Assembly: GCA_965223325.1 (NCBI GenBank)
Contig: CBDCWI010000002.1
Coordinates: 1,728,001-1,792,000 of the forward strand
DNA length: 64,000 bases
Origin: Candidatus Multivoradales bacterium
Lineage (GTDB): Bacteria > Acidobacteriota > Thermoanaerobaculia > Multivoradales > Multivoraceae
Direction: 5' to 3'
A program made the position numbers and the translations under genes. Below the pieces are notes generated by a model. The model saw only the letters and a program-made list of their open reading frames with translations. It was not told where the DNA came from and ran no database searches. The first letter of the stretch is position 1, and each line of letters opens with the position of its first letter. Positions 9,488 to 19,445 of the stretch are shown here, in pieces.

Positions 9488-9949
9488 TCACTCGATGACG
9501 CTGGGCCAGTTGCGATCCGCAGCTTCAATGAGTGTCAGCATGTCAGCCTGCCACTTCTCCTGGATCTTGGCGTTGTAGTTGAGGTAGAGCTTGCCGTCAT
9601 GAAGCGTGAAGGCCTCGGGGTCGATGCCTGCCGTTTTCCCTTGGCTCACCGCCCAGGCACAGTATCCGCCGTACTGCGGCGCAAAGCGCTCAGGCTCCTT
9701 CTCGAAGCGAGCGCGTCGGTCCGCGGTCGAGAAACGCCAGACAGCCCCCATCCACTCATAGGTGATCTTCTTCGACCCTTTGATCGCGCGTTCCTCGTCG
9801 AAGTAGGCGACCGGGTCGAAACCCTCAATCGCCACGCTGCCGAACAAGGTCTGGTTGATTGGGTCTTCGGCTGCTGCGGGTCCCGCCGCAAGCACAGCGA
9901 CGAAGGCAAGAAGCAGCACGTACTTGGTCATCATCGCGCGGTTCATCAT
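9488..9949 (-). CDS. Exported YHS-domain protein (Cys form)
   Basis: Signal peptide; AIEGFDPVAYF, PQYGGYCAWAV, DGKLYLNYN, ADRNWP. Confidence 0.9.
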   Translation of the reverse strand: MMNRAMMTKYVLLLAFVAVLAAGPAAAEDPINQTLFGSVAIEGFDPVAYFDEERAIKGSKKITYEWMGAVWRFSTADRRARFEKEPERFAPQYGGYCAWAVSQGKTAGIDPEAFTLHDGKLYLNYNAKIQEKWQADMLTLIEAADRNWPSVIE

Positions 9950-9993
9950 TCTGTTTCCTCTTCTCCTGCCGTCGGCAGGAAGGTTGTTGGATC

Positions 9994-10683
9994 TTGAAGA
10001 AACCTCATCTTCTACTGGTCGAAGACGAGCCGAGTCTGGTTATCACCCTCAGCGACCGACTCAAGTCTGAGGGCTACCGGGTGAAGTCGGTCCGCGACGG
10101 CGCCCTAGCCCTCGAGCTGGCGACCGAAAAAGACTTTGATCTCATCCTGCTCGACGTCCAGCTTCCTAGCTTAGACGGCTTCGACGTCTGCCGCGATCTG
10201 CGTCAACGCGGTCGGCAGATGCCCATATTGATGCTTACGGCGCGCAGCCAGGTTCCGGATCGGGTCGTCGGCCTGAAACTCGGGGCCGATGACTACGTCA
10301 CCAAGCCCTTCGAGATGCTCGAGCTGATGGCGCGCATCGAAGCTCTCTTGCGCCGCAGTCGGCTCGAGCCGGAAGAGGAGCTCGAGAGCTTCGCCTTCGG
10401 CGAGGTCGAAGTCGACTTTCGCGCCGCAGAAGTCAAACGAGGAGGCGAAAAGATCGAACTCTCCGCCCGCGAATTCGACCTCTTGCGCTTTTTCGTCGAG
10501 AACCGGGGCGCCGCGGTCACCCGCGACCGCCTGCTCGACGAGGTCTGGGGCTGGGACACCAGCACCCAGACTCGCACCGTCGACGTGCACGTTTCCCAGC
10601 TTCGTCACAAGATCGAACCCGACCCAGCAAACCCGAAGTTCCTGGTGACCGTCCGCGGAAGGGGCTACCGCTTCTCCGCGTGA
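9994..10683 (+). CDS. OmpR/PhoB-family response regulator
   Basis: LLVEDE, LLDVQLP, GADDYVTKPF, winged helix TRTVDVHVSQLRHKIE...TVRGRGY; TTG start inferred. Confidence 0.93.
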   Translation: MKKPHLLLVEDEPSLVITLSDRLKSEGYRVKSVRDGALALELATEKDFDLILLDVQLPSLDGFDVCRDLRQRGRQMPILMLTARSQVPDRVVGLKLGADDYVTKPFEMLELMARIEALLRRSRLEPEEELESFAFGEVEVDFRAAEVKRGGEKIELSAREFDLLRFFVENRGAAVTRDRLLDEVWGWDTSTQTRTVDVHVSQLRHKIEPDPANPKFLVTVRGRGYRFSA

Positions 10684-10806
10684 CCGCGCACCAGCCAGCA
10701 GGCACATCTTCCCCGCCGCGATCGCAGAACCACCGTGACTTGTGGCGGGAAAGTCGCTCCGACTGCGGAGGACACGGCCGGCGTACCTGGGCGGTTGGCC
10801 GCCTGT

Positions 10807-12540
10807 CTAGCCGCCGGCGCCCGTTGCGGCTGCGCTAGCCGACAGGTGAGGCAGAGCCTCGAAAGGCCGGCCCTTGCCACGCATCTCGTCGAGGGTTTCC
10901 GCTGTCACGTCGCGACCGAAAAATGCTTCGCCAACGAAGCCGCCGCTCTCACTCGGATGGGCGACGAAGCCGATTGGCATACGGGTGCCGCCACCGGAAG
11001 TGATCAACGAACCGTTGAAGACGATCTCCTCACCAACCTTCTCGAAATGAGGGATCGAGGTCGAGAACATCAGGCTGCCGAGGGTGAGGTAGAAGTCGCC
11101 TTCGCCCTGTTCGGGAATGGTCAGCCCCATCGGACCGCCGAAACCCATGCCGTCGATTGTCAAGAGCATCGGACGATCACTCGGTGGGTGACGGTCGAGT
11201 AGCTTCTTGATCGTGACCTCGGAGCGCACCGGCTTCGGCTTCTTGCCCTCGTCGACGATGAAGTTGATGAACGCCACCAACATCTCGTTGTTGGTGCCAT
11301 CGCCCCAGGGCACGTCGAGCGTTGGGTCAGGGTTGCCAGGGTTCTTGGCCGAGTTGTCCCACACGGCCTCGACACGCATGACGGAGCCGGCCGGTGCCTT
11401 CACCGGCTCTTCGAACTCGTAGATGTTCTGCCAGTCATAGTCGTACTCGGGAACCGACAGCACGACCTCTTCGCTCCCGTCAGGACGTTCGAGGGTGTAC
11501 GCCATGGCCTTGCCACGGTTGTGCATATGTGGCAGAAGCGAGAGGATCGATGAATCCTGCGTGAACATGTACAACGCCTCTTCGTGATGCTCGCCTGCAC
11601 CGGCTGGAATGAACATCCCGGGGTCGGCAGCGAAGGCGGTGGTGATCTCCTTTTCCATTTCGCCTTCGCCGAAGTAGATGCCGAGCTTCGACGCGTCGGT
11701 GCCGGCGGTACCACTCGGGTGGTAGTGCATGTTGAACGAAATCAGCTCGTTGGCCTTCAGCGGATGACCCGAGCCTGGCGCAAACTCGGAGGGCGGGCTG
11801 CCTGCCACCCACACGCCGCCGATACGCGGTGCCTCGGCCATGCCGACCTGACGCTTGGCGCGCTCGTTGAGATAGATCAGCGAATTCACGCCGGCGTTCG
11901 ACGACTCCTCGCTGTCTTCGTCAATGCCGAATGGTCCGAGGTAGGTGACCACGTGGTGCAACACGTCGGTATTGCCCGGCAGAAGCTCAATCGCCTGCAC
12001 CCACTTCGAGGACGGTACCTCCATGCCGTAGACCTGGGTGACAAAGAGATCGGGACCGCCGGCTGGCACATCCACCGGCGCCAGCTCGACGACATAGTCA
12101 GGCTCACGACCCAGGCGCCAGCTACCCGCCTCCGGCAGCGCCGGTGGTGTCGGCAGGGCTGCTGGATCTCCCTCGAGCGCTCCCTGTTCGACCCAGCGCG
12201 CCACCACCTCGACCTCCTCATCGCTCAGGCTGATGTCGTTCGAGAAACGACCATGACGAGGGTCGGCATCCCAGGGGGGCATGTCCCGCGACATGACGGC
12301 CTTGCGAATCGACTTCGCCCACGGTCGCGCTTCTTCGAAGGTCAGAAGCGACATCGGTGCAACGTCGTTGGGGCGATGGCAGCTGACACAGTGGCCGTAG
12401 AAGATCGGCGCGACGTGCTCGGTGAAGGTAATGTCTTCTTCGGCGGTGAGAAGAGCCGGCAGCGCGAACGCGAAAAGGATCGCAAGGCGAACCAGGAAGC
12501 GGGTGGAACTGGTCGATCGAGCGAACGGATTCGGCAACAT
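10807..12540 (-). CDS. Second exported cytochrome c + copper type II monooxygenase-like protein, with a C-terminal extension
   Basis: Signal peptide; CVSCH, MPPW, VLHH, MHYH, PHMHNRG, YDYDWQ, NEM; paralogous to 1168-2544. Confidence 0.75.
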   Translation of the reverse strand: MLPNPFARSTSSTRFLVRLAILFAFALPALLTAEEDITFTEHVAPIFYGHCVSCHRPNDVAPMSLLTFEEARPWAKSIRKAVMSRDMPPWDADPRHGRFSNDISLSDEEVEVVARWVEQGALEGDPAALPTPPALPEAGSWRLGREPDYVVELAPVDVPAGGPDLFVTQVYGMEVPSSKWVQAIELLPGNTDVLHHVVTYLGPFGIDEDSEESSNAGVNSLIYLNERAKRQVGMAEAPRIGGVWVAGSPPSEFAPGSGHPLKANELISFNMHYHPSGTAGTDASKLGIYFGEGEMEKEITTAFAADPGMFIPAGAGEHHEEALYMFTQDSSILSLLPHMHNRGKAMAYTLERPDGSEEVVLSVPEYDYDWQNIYEFEEPVKAPAGSVMRVEAVWDNSAKNPGNPDPTLDVPWGDGTNNEMLVAFINFIVDEGKKPKPVRSEVTIKKLLDRHPPSDRPMLLTIDGMGFGGPMGLTIPEQGEGDFYLTLGSLMFSTSIPHFEKVGEEIVFNGSLITSGGGTRMPIGFVAHPSESGGFVGEAFFGRDVTAETLDEMRGKGRPFEALPHLSASAAATGAGG

Positions 12541-12872
12541 ACTGGGCACCTTGGTGGGTAGGGAGCTGAACGGAGGAGGGGCGACGAGCGAAGGCGCGAG
12601 GCCTTCGGCGGTATACATCTGGACGCCGGCGAGGGGCCGACCATCGGCCTGCCTCCGGTCGTGTTTGACGGCGGTCCTAAAGGCGATGGGGTGTCCCGGG
12701 ATCGTACGCAGCAACGCGACGCCGGGCGATCAAACAGGACACCCTATTCTAGCAGGCGGCGGTGCTATCCTTCGCCGTCTTCTGACGATCCCTTCTGACG
12801 ATCCGAGCCGCCAGGGCCAAAGACCCCTCGCCACCGGGCCGCCAAGAACCCTTCTCCCCTCAGGACCCTCCG

Positions 12873-14627
12873 ATGACCGAATCAGCAGCCGATGCCAAAG
12901 ACTCCGCCGGAGGAGAGAACCGCGACTTCATTCGCGAGATCGTGCACGAGTGGAAGGAGAACGCTGGCGGCAACGTCGCCACGCGTTTTCCTCCCGAGCC
13001 CAACGGCTACCTTCATATCGGCCACGCCAAGTCGATCTGCTTGAACTTCGGCATCGCCGAGGAGTTCGGTGGCCACTGCAACTTGCGCTTCGACGACACA
13101 AACCCGGCTGTCGAGGAAGTCGAATACGTCGACGCCATCCGCGATGACGTGCGTTGGCTGGGTTTCGAGTGGGCCGAGGAACGCTACGCCTCCGACTACT
13201 TCGACGAGCTCTATGAATGGGCGGTGCATCTGGTCGAAAACGGCGACGCCTACGTCGACAGCCTGAGCGCCGAGGAGATCCGCGACTACCGCGGTTCCTG
13301 GAACGAGCCCGGCCGCGAGAGTCCGTACCGTGATCGCCCAGTCGCCCTGAACCTCGAGCTGCTTGAGAAGATGAAGAACGGCGAGCTGGCCGAAGGGGAT
13401 GGCGTCTTGCGCGCCAGGATCGACATGGCCTCGGGCAATATGAACTTGCGCGATCCGATTCTCTACCGCATCCGGCACGAGTCGCACCACCGCACCGGCG
13501 ACACCTGGTGCATCTACCCGAGCTATGACTACGCCCACGGTCAGTCGGATGCGATCGAGGGCATCACGCACTCGTTGTGTACCCTCGAGTTCGAAGATCA
13601 TCGCCCGCTCTACGACTGGCTGCTCGAGCGGCTCCCGGTGCCGCACACTCCGCGCCAGATCGAGTTCGCGCGCCTCAAAATCACCTACACCGTGCTCTCG
13701 AAGCGCAAGTTGCTGCAGCTGGTGCGCGACGGCCACGTCGACGGCTGGGATGACCCGCGCATGCCGACGCTCTCGGGCATCCGCCGACGCGGCTACACAC
13801 CCGAGTCGTTGCGTGACTTCTGTGACCGCATCGGCATTACCAAGAACGACTCGGTGACCGACGTCGCCCTGCTCGAATACTCGCTGCGCGACCACTTGAA
13901 CCGGGTCGCGCCCCGACGCATGGGTGTCTTGCGCCCGCTCGAAGTGGTCATCGACAACTGGCCCGAAGGTCAGGTCGACTGGCTCGAGTGTGTCAACAAT
14001 CCTGAAGACGAAGGCGCCGGAACCCGCAAAGTACCCTTCACCGGCCGCTTGTTCATCGAACAGGACGACTTTCGGGAGGATCCTCCCAGGAAGTTCTTCC
14101 GCCTCGCACCCGGGCGCGAAGTGCGCTTGCGCTATGCCTACTTCATTACCTGTACCGAAGTCATCAAGAACGACGCTGGCGAAGTGACTCAGCTGCGTTG
14201 CACCTACGACCCCGAAACCCGCGGCGGTGACGCCCCCGACGGGCGTCGCGTCAAGGCGACTCTGCACTGGGTCTCGAAGGAGCATGCCATCGAGGCCGAA
14301 GTCCGGGTCTACGACCGCTTGTTCAAACACAGAACGCCCGGCTCCGGCGGCCGCGACTTCCTCGACGATCTGAACCCCGACTCGCTCGAGGTCATCCACG
14401 GCGCGCGTCTCGAACCGGCGGCTGCCGAGCTGGAGGAGATGGACCGCATTCAGCTCGAGCGCCTCGGCTACTTCTGTGTCGACCGCGACAGCACCGCCGA
14501 GCGCCCGGTGCTCAACCGCACCTCGACCCTCAAAGACACCTGGGCGAAGATCGAGAAAGCGGCGATCGAAGAAGAAAACCGCGCCCGCAAGGCGAAAGGT
14601 AAAGCGAGGGGTAAAGCGAAGAGCTAG
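12873..14627 (+). CDS. glnS: Glutamine--tRNA ligase
   Basis: [53 protein letters not shown]. Confidence 0.97.
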   Translation: MTESAADAKDSAGGENRDFIREIVHEWKENAGGNVATRFPPEPNGYLHIGHAKSICLNFGIAEEFGGHCNLRFDDTNPAVEEVEYVDAIRDDVRWLGFEWAEERYASDYFDELYEWAVHLVENGDAYVDSLSAEEIRDYRGSWNEPGRESPYRDRPVALNLELLEKMKNGELAEGDGVLRARIDMASGNMNLRDPILYRIRHESHHRTGDTWCIYPSYDYAHGQSDAIEGITHSLCTLEFEDHRPLYDWLLERLPVPHTPRQIEFARLKITYTVLSKRKLLQLVRDGHVDGWDDPRMPTLSGIRRRGYTPESLRDFCDRIGITKNDSVTDVALLEYSLRDHLNRVAPRRMGVLRPLEVVIDNWPEGQVDWLECVNNPEDEGAGTRKVPFTGRLFIEQDDFREDPPRKFFRLAPGREVRLRYAYFITCTEVIKNDAGEVTQLRCTYDPETRGGDAPDGRRVKATLHWVSKEHAIEAEVRVYDRLFKHRTPGSGGRDFLDDLNPDSLEVIHGARLEPAAAELEEMDRIQLERLGYFCVDRDSTAERPVLNRTSTLKDTWAKIEKAAIEEENRARKAKGKARGKAKS

Positions 14628-14941
14628 ACGTCGTCACGGACCGGGTGGTCGACGACGATCGCACGGCCGCCAGAGAGCACGCGCACCGAATGCGGTGCGT
14701 CGAACGGCACGATGGCAACACCGCCGGGCCCGACCCGCTCAGTGACACCGTCGACGGTGATCTCGAGCTCACCCTCGATCACGTTCCAGACCTCCTCGAC
14801 CGGGTGGTGATGCTCGTGAATCGACGAGCCTTCCTCGAACGTCCAGTAGCCGAAGGTCATCGTTTCGGAATGGAAGGTTCTGCCCCTCCACCCCGGGAGG
14901 CGTTCCCGGGTCTCGATGTCCGAAACCTCGAAGAACGTCAT
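14624..14941 (-). CDS. Cupin-domain protein
   Basis: HEHHHPVEE...GELE and PFDAPHS cupin motifs; ATGA-coupled to gltX. Confidence 0.85.
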   Translation of the reverse strand: MTFFEVSDIETRERLPGWRGRTFHSETMTFGYWTFEEGSSIHEHHHPVEEVWNVIEGELEITVDGVTERVGPGGVAIVPFDAPHSVRVLSGGRAIVVDHPVRDDV

Positions 14942-16422
14942 CGCCGATGCTTCTTTTCGAGCTTCTTGAGCGCCTTGCCCGATATACCGCCAAGCGCATC
15001 GATCGCGGCGCGCAAGCGCGTACGGGTGACGTCGGAACCCAGAATCACCATGGACTCGAACAGGGGCGTCGACGACGAGCGCCCCGAAAGCGCGACGTAG
15101 AAAGGTCGCGTGAAGACCCGCATCTTGACGTCGGACTGTTCGGCGAGCTCGCGCAACGTCGCCTCGATCGAGTCACGATCCCAGTTCTTGATCGCCTCGA
15201 GCCGCCAGATCGCCAGCTGCAGAATCTCTTTGAGCGCCGCGGGCTCGAGACCACTCTGCTCGAGCTCCTCGGCGGCGACCGGCACGGTGTCGGCAAAGAA
15301 GGGGGCCGTCAGGAAACCCCAGTCACCCAGTGTTTCGAGCCGCGGCTGCGAAATCTGGGCGATTTCTTCGAGACGTTCTCGGTCATAGCCCCAGGCCAGC
15401 AGCTTCTCGACCAGCTGGGCAGGCGTGTTCTCCTCCCGGATGTAACGCGCGTTGAGCCAGCGCAGCTTGTCCGTGTCGAACACCGGTCCGCCGAGGGTTA
15501 CATTCTCGAGCTCGAAGTTCTCTGTGAACTCCGAAAGTGAAAACTTCTCCTCACCCTCCTCGCGTGAAGTGCCCAAGAGCGCCAGGAAGTTGACCAACGC
15601 CTCCGGTAGATAGCCCGCACGACGGTAGTAGTCGATCGACGTTGGGTTGCGACGCTTCGACAGCTTCGACTTGTTGGCGTCGTTGTTGCGCAGGAGCGGC
15701 AGGTGGCACATCACGGGCGCCTGCCAACCAAAAGCCTCGTACAGCAGAAGATGCTTGGGAATCGAGTTGATCCACTCCTCACCGCGGATCACGTGACTGA
15801 TCGCCATCAGGTGATCGTCGACGACGTTGGCCAGGTGATACGTGGGGAAGCCATCCGACTTGAGCAGAATCTGGTCGTCGACCAGCCGCCACTCACGGCG
15901 GATCTCGCCGCGCAGGAGATCCCGCATCACACACTCACCGTCGAGCGGCACGCGCAAGCGCACAGTGTGCGCCTCACCGTCAGCCGCACGACGGGCGCTC
16001 TCCTCCGGGTCGAGATCTCGATCGCGGCGACCGATGTGATCGAAGTCGCCCTCCTGACGTGCCGCCGCGCGCAGAGTGTCGAGTTCCTGGCGGGTCATGA
16101 AGTCGCGATAGGCGGCCCCCGATTCGAGCAACTCATCGACGTGAGCCTGATAGATCTCGAGGCGCTCGCTCTGCCGATAGGGCCCAAAGTCGCCTCCGAC
16201 ATCTGGCCCCTCGTCCCAGTCAAGCCCCAGCCAGCGCAAAGCCTCGAGAATTCGCGCCTCCGAGCGCACCGTCGAGCGCTCCTGATCCGTATCTTCAATG
16301 CGCAATACGAACGACCCACCGGACCGGCGGGCAAACGCGCGATTGAAGAGCGCCTGATAGGCCGTGCCGACATGGGGGTCGCCAGTAGGTGACGGAGCAA
16401 CGCGAACGCGAACCTCATTCAT
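14938..16422 (-). CDS. gltX: Glutamate--tRNA ligase
   Basis: RVAPSPTGDPHVG, LRIEDTD, PTYHLANVVDDH, IRGEEW, KLSKR. Confidence 0.97.
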   Translation of the reverse strand: MNEVRVRVAPSPTGDPHVGTAYQALFNRAFARRSGGSFVLRIEDTDQERSTVRSEARILEALRWLGLDWDEGPDVGGDFGPYRQSERLEIYQAHVDELLESGAAYRDFMTRQELDTLRAAARQEGDFDHIGRRDRDLDPEESARRAADGEAHTVRLRVPLDGECVMRDLLRGEIRREWRLVDDQILLKSDGFPTYHLANVVDDHLMAISHVIRGEEWINSIPKHLLLYEAFGWQAPVMCHLPLLRNNDANKSKLSKRRNPTSIDYYRRAGYLPEALVNFLALLGTSREEGEEKFSLSEFTENFELENVTLGGPVFDTDKLRWLNARYIREENTPAQLVEKLLAWGYDRERLEEIAQISQPRLETLGDWGFLTAPFFADTVPVAAEELEQSGLEPAALKEILQLAIWRLEAIKNWDRDSIEATLRELAEQSDVKMRVFTRPFYVALSGRSSSTPLFESMVILGSDVTRTRLRAAIDALGGISGKALKKLEKKHRR

Positions 16423-16475
16423 CGCGCGAGAGTATAGGCTGACCAACCCATTCGCACAGACCGGAGAGAACCCGC

Positions 16476-17171
16476 ATGGCCAAGGCCGACGCTTCGCCCT
16501 TCAAGAAAGCCCTGTTCCAGTACCTCAAAGACCTGGAAAAGAACAACGACCGCGACTGGTTCAAGGAGAACCGGTCACGCTACGACGACTCCGTCCTCGA
16601 CCCAGCCTTCGAGTTCATCAGCGCCTTCGGCCCCCGCCTGCGCAAGATCTCGCCTCACTTTCTGGCCATCCCCAAAGCCTCCGGCGGCTCCCTGTTCCGC
16701 ATCCACCGCGACGTACGCTTCTCCAAGGACAAGCGCCCCTACAAGACCAACGTCGGCATCCACTTTCGCCACGAAGCCCACAAGAACGCCTACGCCCCCG
16801 GCTTCTATCTCCACCTGGACACGGAAGGCTCCTTCGCCGCGCTCGGCATCTGGCACCCCGAGAAGGATGCCCTACGCGCCATCCGTGAACGAATCGCCGT
16901 CGACCCCAAGAGCTGGCACAGAGCAGCCAACAGCAAGAAGCTCAAAGAGCGCTTCGAACTCTCCGGCGACTCGCTAAAGCGCCCACCCAAAGGCTTCGAT
17001 CCCGACCACCCCGCGATCGAAGACCTCAAGAGAAAAGACTTCATCGCCGTCCACCAACTCACTCAGAAAACCGTCACCAGTGCCGGCTTCCTCGATGAGT
17101 ACGAGTCGCTGTGCAAGCGCGGCGCCCCCCTCATGAAGTGGCTCTGCGGAGCCCTCGACGTCGCGTTCTAA
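16476..17171 (+). CDS. DUF2461 family protein
   Basis: NNDRDWF, FRIHRDVRFSKDKRPYK, LKRPPKGF. Confidence 0.9.
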   Translation: MAKADASPFKKALFQYLKDLEKNNDRDWFKENRSRYDDSVLDPAFEFISAFGPRLRKISPHFLAIPKASGGSLFRIHRDVRFSKDKRPYKTNVGIHFRHEAHKNAYAPGFYLHLDTEGSFAALGIWHPEKDALRAIRERIAVDPKSWHRAANSKKLKERFELSGDSLKRPPKGFDPDHPAIEDLKRKDFIAVHQLTQKTVTSAGFLDEYESLCKRGAPLMKWLCGALDVAF

Positions 17172-17183
17172 CAAACCGCGAAA

Positions 17184-17590
17184 GCGGCACGAAATCTGCG
17201 ATATGTAGAGTCATCGATTGTGGCCGGGAAATTCCCCCCGACTGTGAAAAGGCGCGGCTGCGCCGGCCCGCCACCCCCAAACGGGCTCGGAAAGTCCCCC
17301 CGACCGGGTCTCTCGGTGGCGTGCAGGCGGCGCGAAATCCACGATATGCGGACTCATCGATTGTGGCCGGAAACTCCCCCCGACTGTGAAGAGGCGCGGC
17401 TGCGCCGGCCCGCCGCCCCCAAACGGGCTCGGAAAGTCCCCCCGACCGTGTCTCGGTGGCGTGCAGGCGACGCGAAATCCACGATATGCGGACTCATCGA
17501 TTGTGGCCGGGAACTCCCCCCGACTGTGAAGAGGCGCGGCTGCGCTGGTCCGCCGCCCCCAATCGAGCTCGGAAAGTCCCCCCGACCGTA
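17184..17590. repeat. Intergenic tandem repeat, ~140-143 bp x ~2.9 copies
   Basis: CGATATG...TCATCGATTGTGGCCGG anchors at ~17199, 17342 and 17482; each unit carries two GGAAANTCCCCCCGAC-like subrepeats. Confidence 0.92.
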
Positions 17591-17616
17591 TCGGTGCAGC
17601 GAGGCTGCGCCGCCGC

Positions 17617-18486
17617 CTACCGCCCGAACCGCCGGTGCCGATCGTGGTAACTCCGCATCGCGCGCAGGAAGTCGATCTTGCGAAACGCCGGCCAGTGGGT
17701 GTCACAAAAGTAGTACTCCGAATACGCACTCTGCCAGAGCAGGAAGCCCGACAACCTCACTTCACCTGAAGTCCGAACAATCAGGTCAGGCTCAGGCTGT
17801 CCGTAGGTATAGAGAAATGGCTCGATCGACCCGGGCTCGAAGCTCTCGGCAAGCTCGGAGACACTCCGTCCGTCGGAGGCCCCGGCCTCCAGGTATCGAC
17901 GAAAAGCCTCGGAGACTTCCTCACGGCCGCCGTAGGCCATCGCAATGTTGAGCTCACAACCGGTGTATTCGCGCGTCGCCTCCTCGGCGCTCTTGATCGC
18001 GTCACGCAGACTGTCTGGCAATCGATCGAGCTCACCGATGTAGCGCAGCCGAACCTGACGACGGTGGACTTCGGGATGCGCTTTGAGCTCGTTGGTCTTG
18101 TCTTCGAATAGGTCGAGCAGGGCGCTGACCTCGCTGGTGTCGCGGTTGAAGTTGTCGAGCGAGAAACACCACACCGTCACTACCTCGACGCCAGCGTCGT
18201 AGCACCAGTCGAGCACCTGCCAGAGTTTCTCCGCCCCGTGCCGGTGACCTTCGCTGACGTTGCCGAGACCGTACTCACGCGCAAAGCGACGGTTGCCGTC
18301 CATGATCACGCCGACGTGGCGGGGCAGCTCCCAGGTTGCCAGCTTGCCCTCCAGGCGTCGTTCATAGAGCTGGTAGAAGGGCGCCTTGATGAACGACTTG
18401 CCGAGACCCTTGGCGACCTGCCAGACGTCGCGCAGCCATCCTGACCGCTCGTCCGGTTGGGCAGTGGTGAGATCAGTAGAAACCAT
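17617..18486 (-). CDS. uppS: cis-prenyltransferase (UppS family; N-terminus resembles the short-chain Rv1086-like group)
   Basis: HVGVIMDGNRR, FSLDNFNR, YGGREE, PDLIVRTSGEVRLSGFLLWQSAYSE. Confidence 0.88.
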   Translation of the reverse strand: MVSTDLTTAQPDERSGWLRDVWQVAKGLGKSFIKAPFYQLYERRLEGKLATWELPRHVGVIMDGNRRFAREYGLGNVSEGHRHGAEKLWQVLDWCYDAGVEVVTVWCFSLDNFNRDTSEVSALLDLFEDKTNELKAHPEVHRRQVRLRYIGELDRLPDSLRDAIKSAEEATREYTGCELNIAMAYGGREEVSEAFRRYLEAGASDGRSVSELAESFEPGSIEPFLYTYGQPEPDLIVRTSGEVRLSGFLLWQSAYSEYYFCDTHWPAFRKIDFLRAMRSYHDRHRRFGR

Positions 18487-18730
18487 GTTCACTCCGAGCT
18501 GGAAATTCTAGGATGATGGGCACGAAGCGACGCGAGGACAGCCCTGGGCCTGCCCCGAGCATGACGCCCTGATGTGGCGAAAAGGAGGCACTCCCCGAGC
18601 AACGTCCGGTACAGCTTCCGTAGCACGTGAATGCTACGCTGCCGCTCCGCCGCGCCACAAGCAACCGAGGCGCAATCGGCCACTTTTCACCCGATCGACT
18701 CCTACGCCCTTCAGGGTAACCAGGCACGTT

Positions 18731-19435
18731 TTGGACGACAAGCCAACCATCGATCTGCTCGAAGGCATCGCAACGGCGCGCAGCATCCGGCGCTACCGGC
18801 TCGACGAGCCAGTCTCCGACGAAGACCTGTCGAAGATCATGTGGTCTGCCACGCGCGCTCCATCGGGCACCAACCGCCAGCCCTTTCGTTTCATCGTGCT
18901 GCGCGACGGCGACAACGCTCGCCGCGCCAGGGCGGTTCTCGCCCAGGCTTTTCGGGCCAGCTGGAAAGAGAAGTGCGACGCTGAAGGCTGGACGTCCGGT
19001 GGCTTCGACATGGACTCCAAACGCGGGCGCACCCTCGCCGCGATGCAGACCTTCATCGACAACTTCGAACGCATTCCGGTCATCATCCTTGCCTGCTTCG
19101 TCCGCTTCCGTGAGCCCAATCACTTCGAAGGCGCCTCGGTCTTCCCTGCTTGCCAGAACCTGCTGTTGGCGGCGCGCGCGCTCGGCTACGGCTGCTGCTT
19201 CAGCGGTTGGCACGTCCCGGTCGCCGACCAGCTGAAGGAGATTCTCGGTGTCCCCGCCGAGGTCGAGCTCTCGCTATGCATCACGCTCGGGAAACCGGCT
19301 GGCAATCACGGCCCCGTTCGTCGACGCCCGGTGCAGGAGCTCATCTTCGACGACGGTTGGGAACAGCCCGCGACCTGGTGCGTCGACCCGCCAGGTAGTC
19401 GGTTCGCCAGGGGCGGACCGCCGAAGAAGTCCTGA
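18731..19435 (+). CDS. Nitroreductase family protein
   Basis: RSIRRY, APSGTNRQPFRF, QNLLLAARALGYG; TTG start inferred. Confidence 0.88.
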   Translation: MDDKPTIDLLEGIATARSIRRYRLDEPVSDEDLSKIMWSATRAPSGTNRQPFRFIVLRDGDNARRARAVLAQAFRASWKEKCDAEGWTSGGFDMDSKRGRTLAAMQTFIDNFERIPVIILACFVRFREPNHFEGASVFPACQNLLLAARALGYGCCFSGWHVPVADQLKEILGVPAEVELSLCITLGKPAGNHGPVRRRPVQELIFDDGWEQPATWCVDPPGSRFARGGPPKKS

Positions 19436-19445
19436 GTCGTCGCCG

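Noticed and set aside
12882-14399. 505-aa antisense ORF over glnS (likewise 46104-47711, 23250-24338, 27521-28540, 60685-61659)
   Set aside because: Shadow ORFs expected from high GC3 codon bias; no recognisable motifs.
17184-17590. CRISPR array or protein-coding repeat (ORFs 17220-17951, 17211-17729)
   Set aside because: Spacers are not unique, the periods (143/140) break frame, and the translations are low-complexity.
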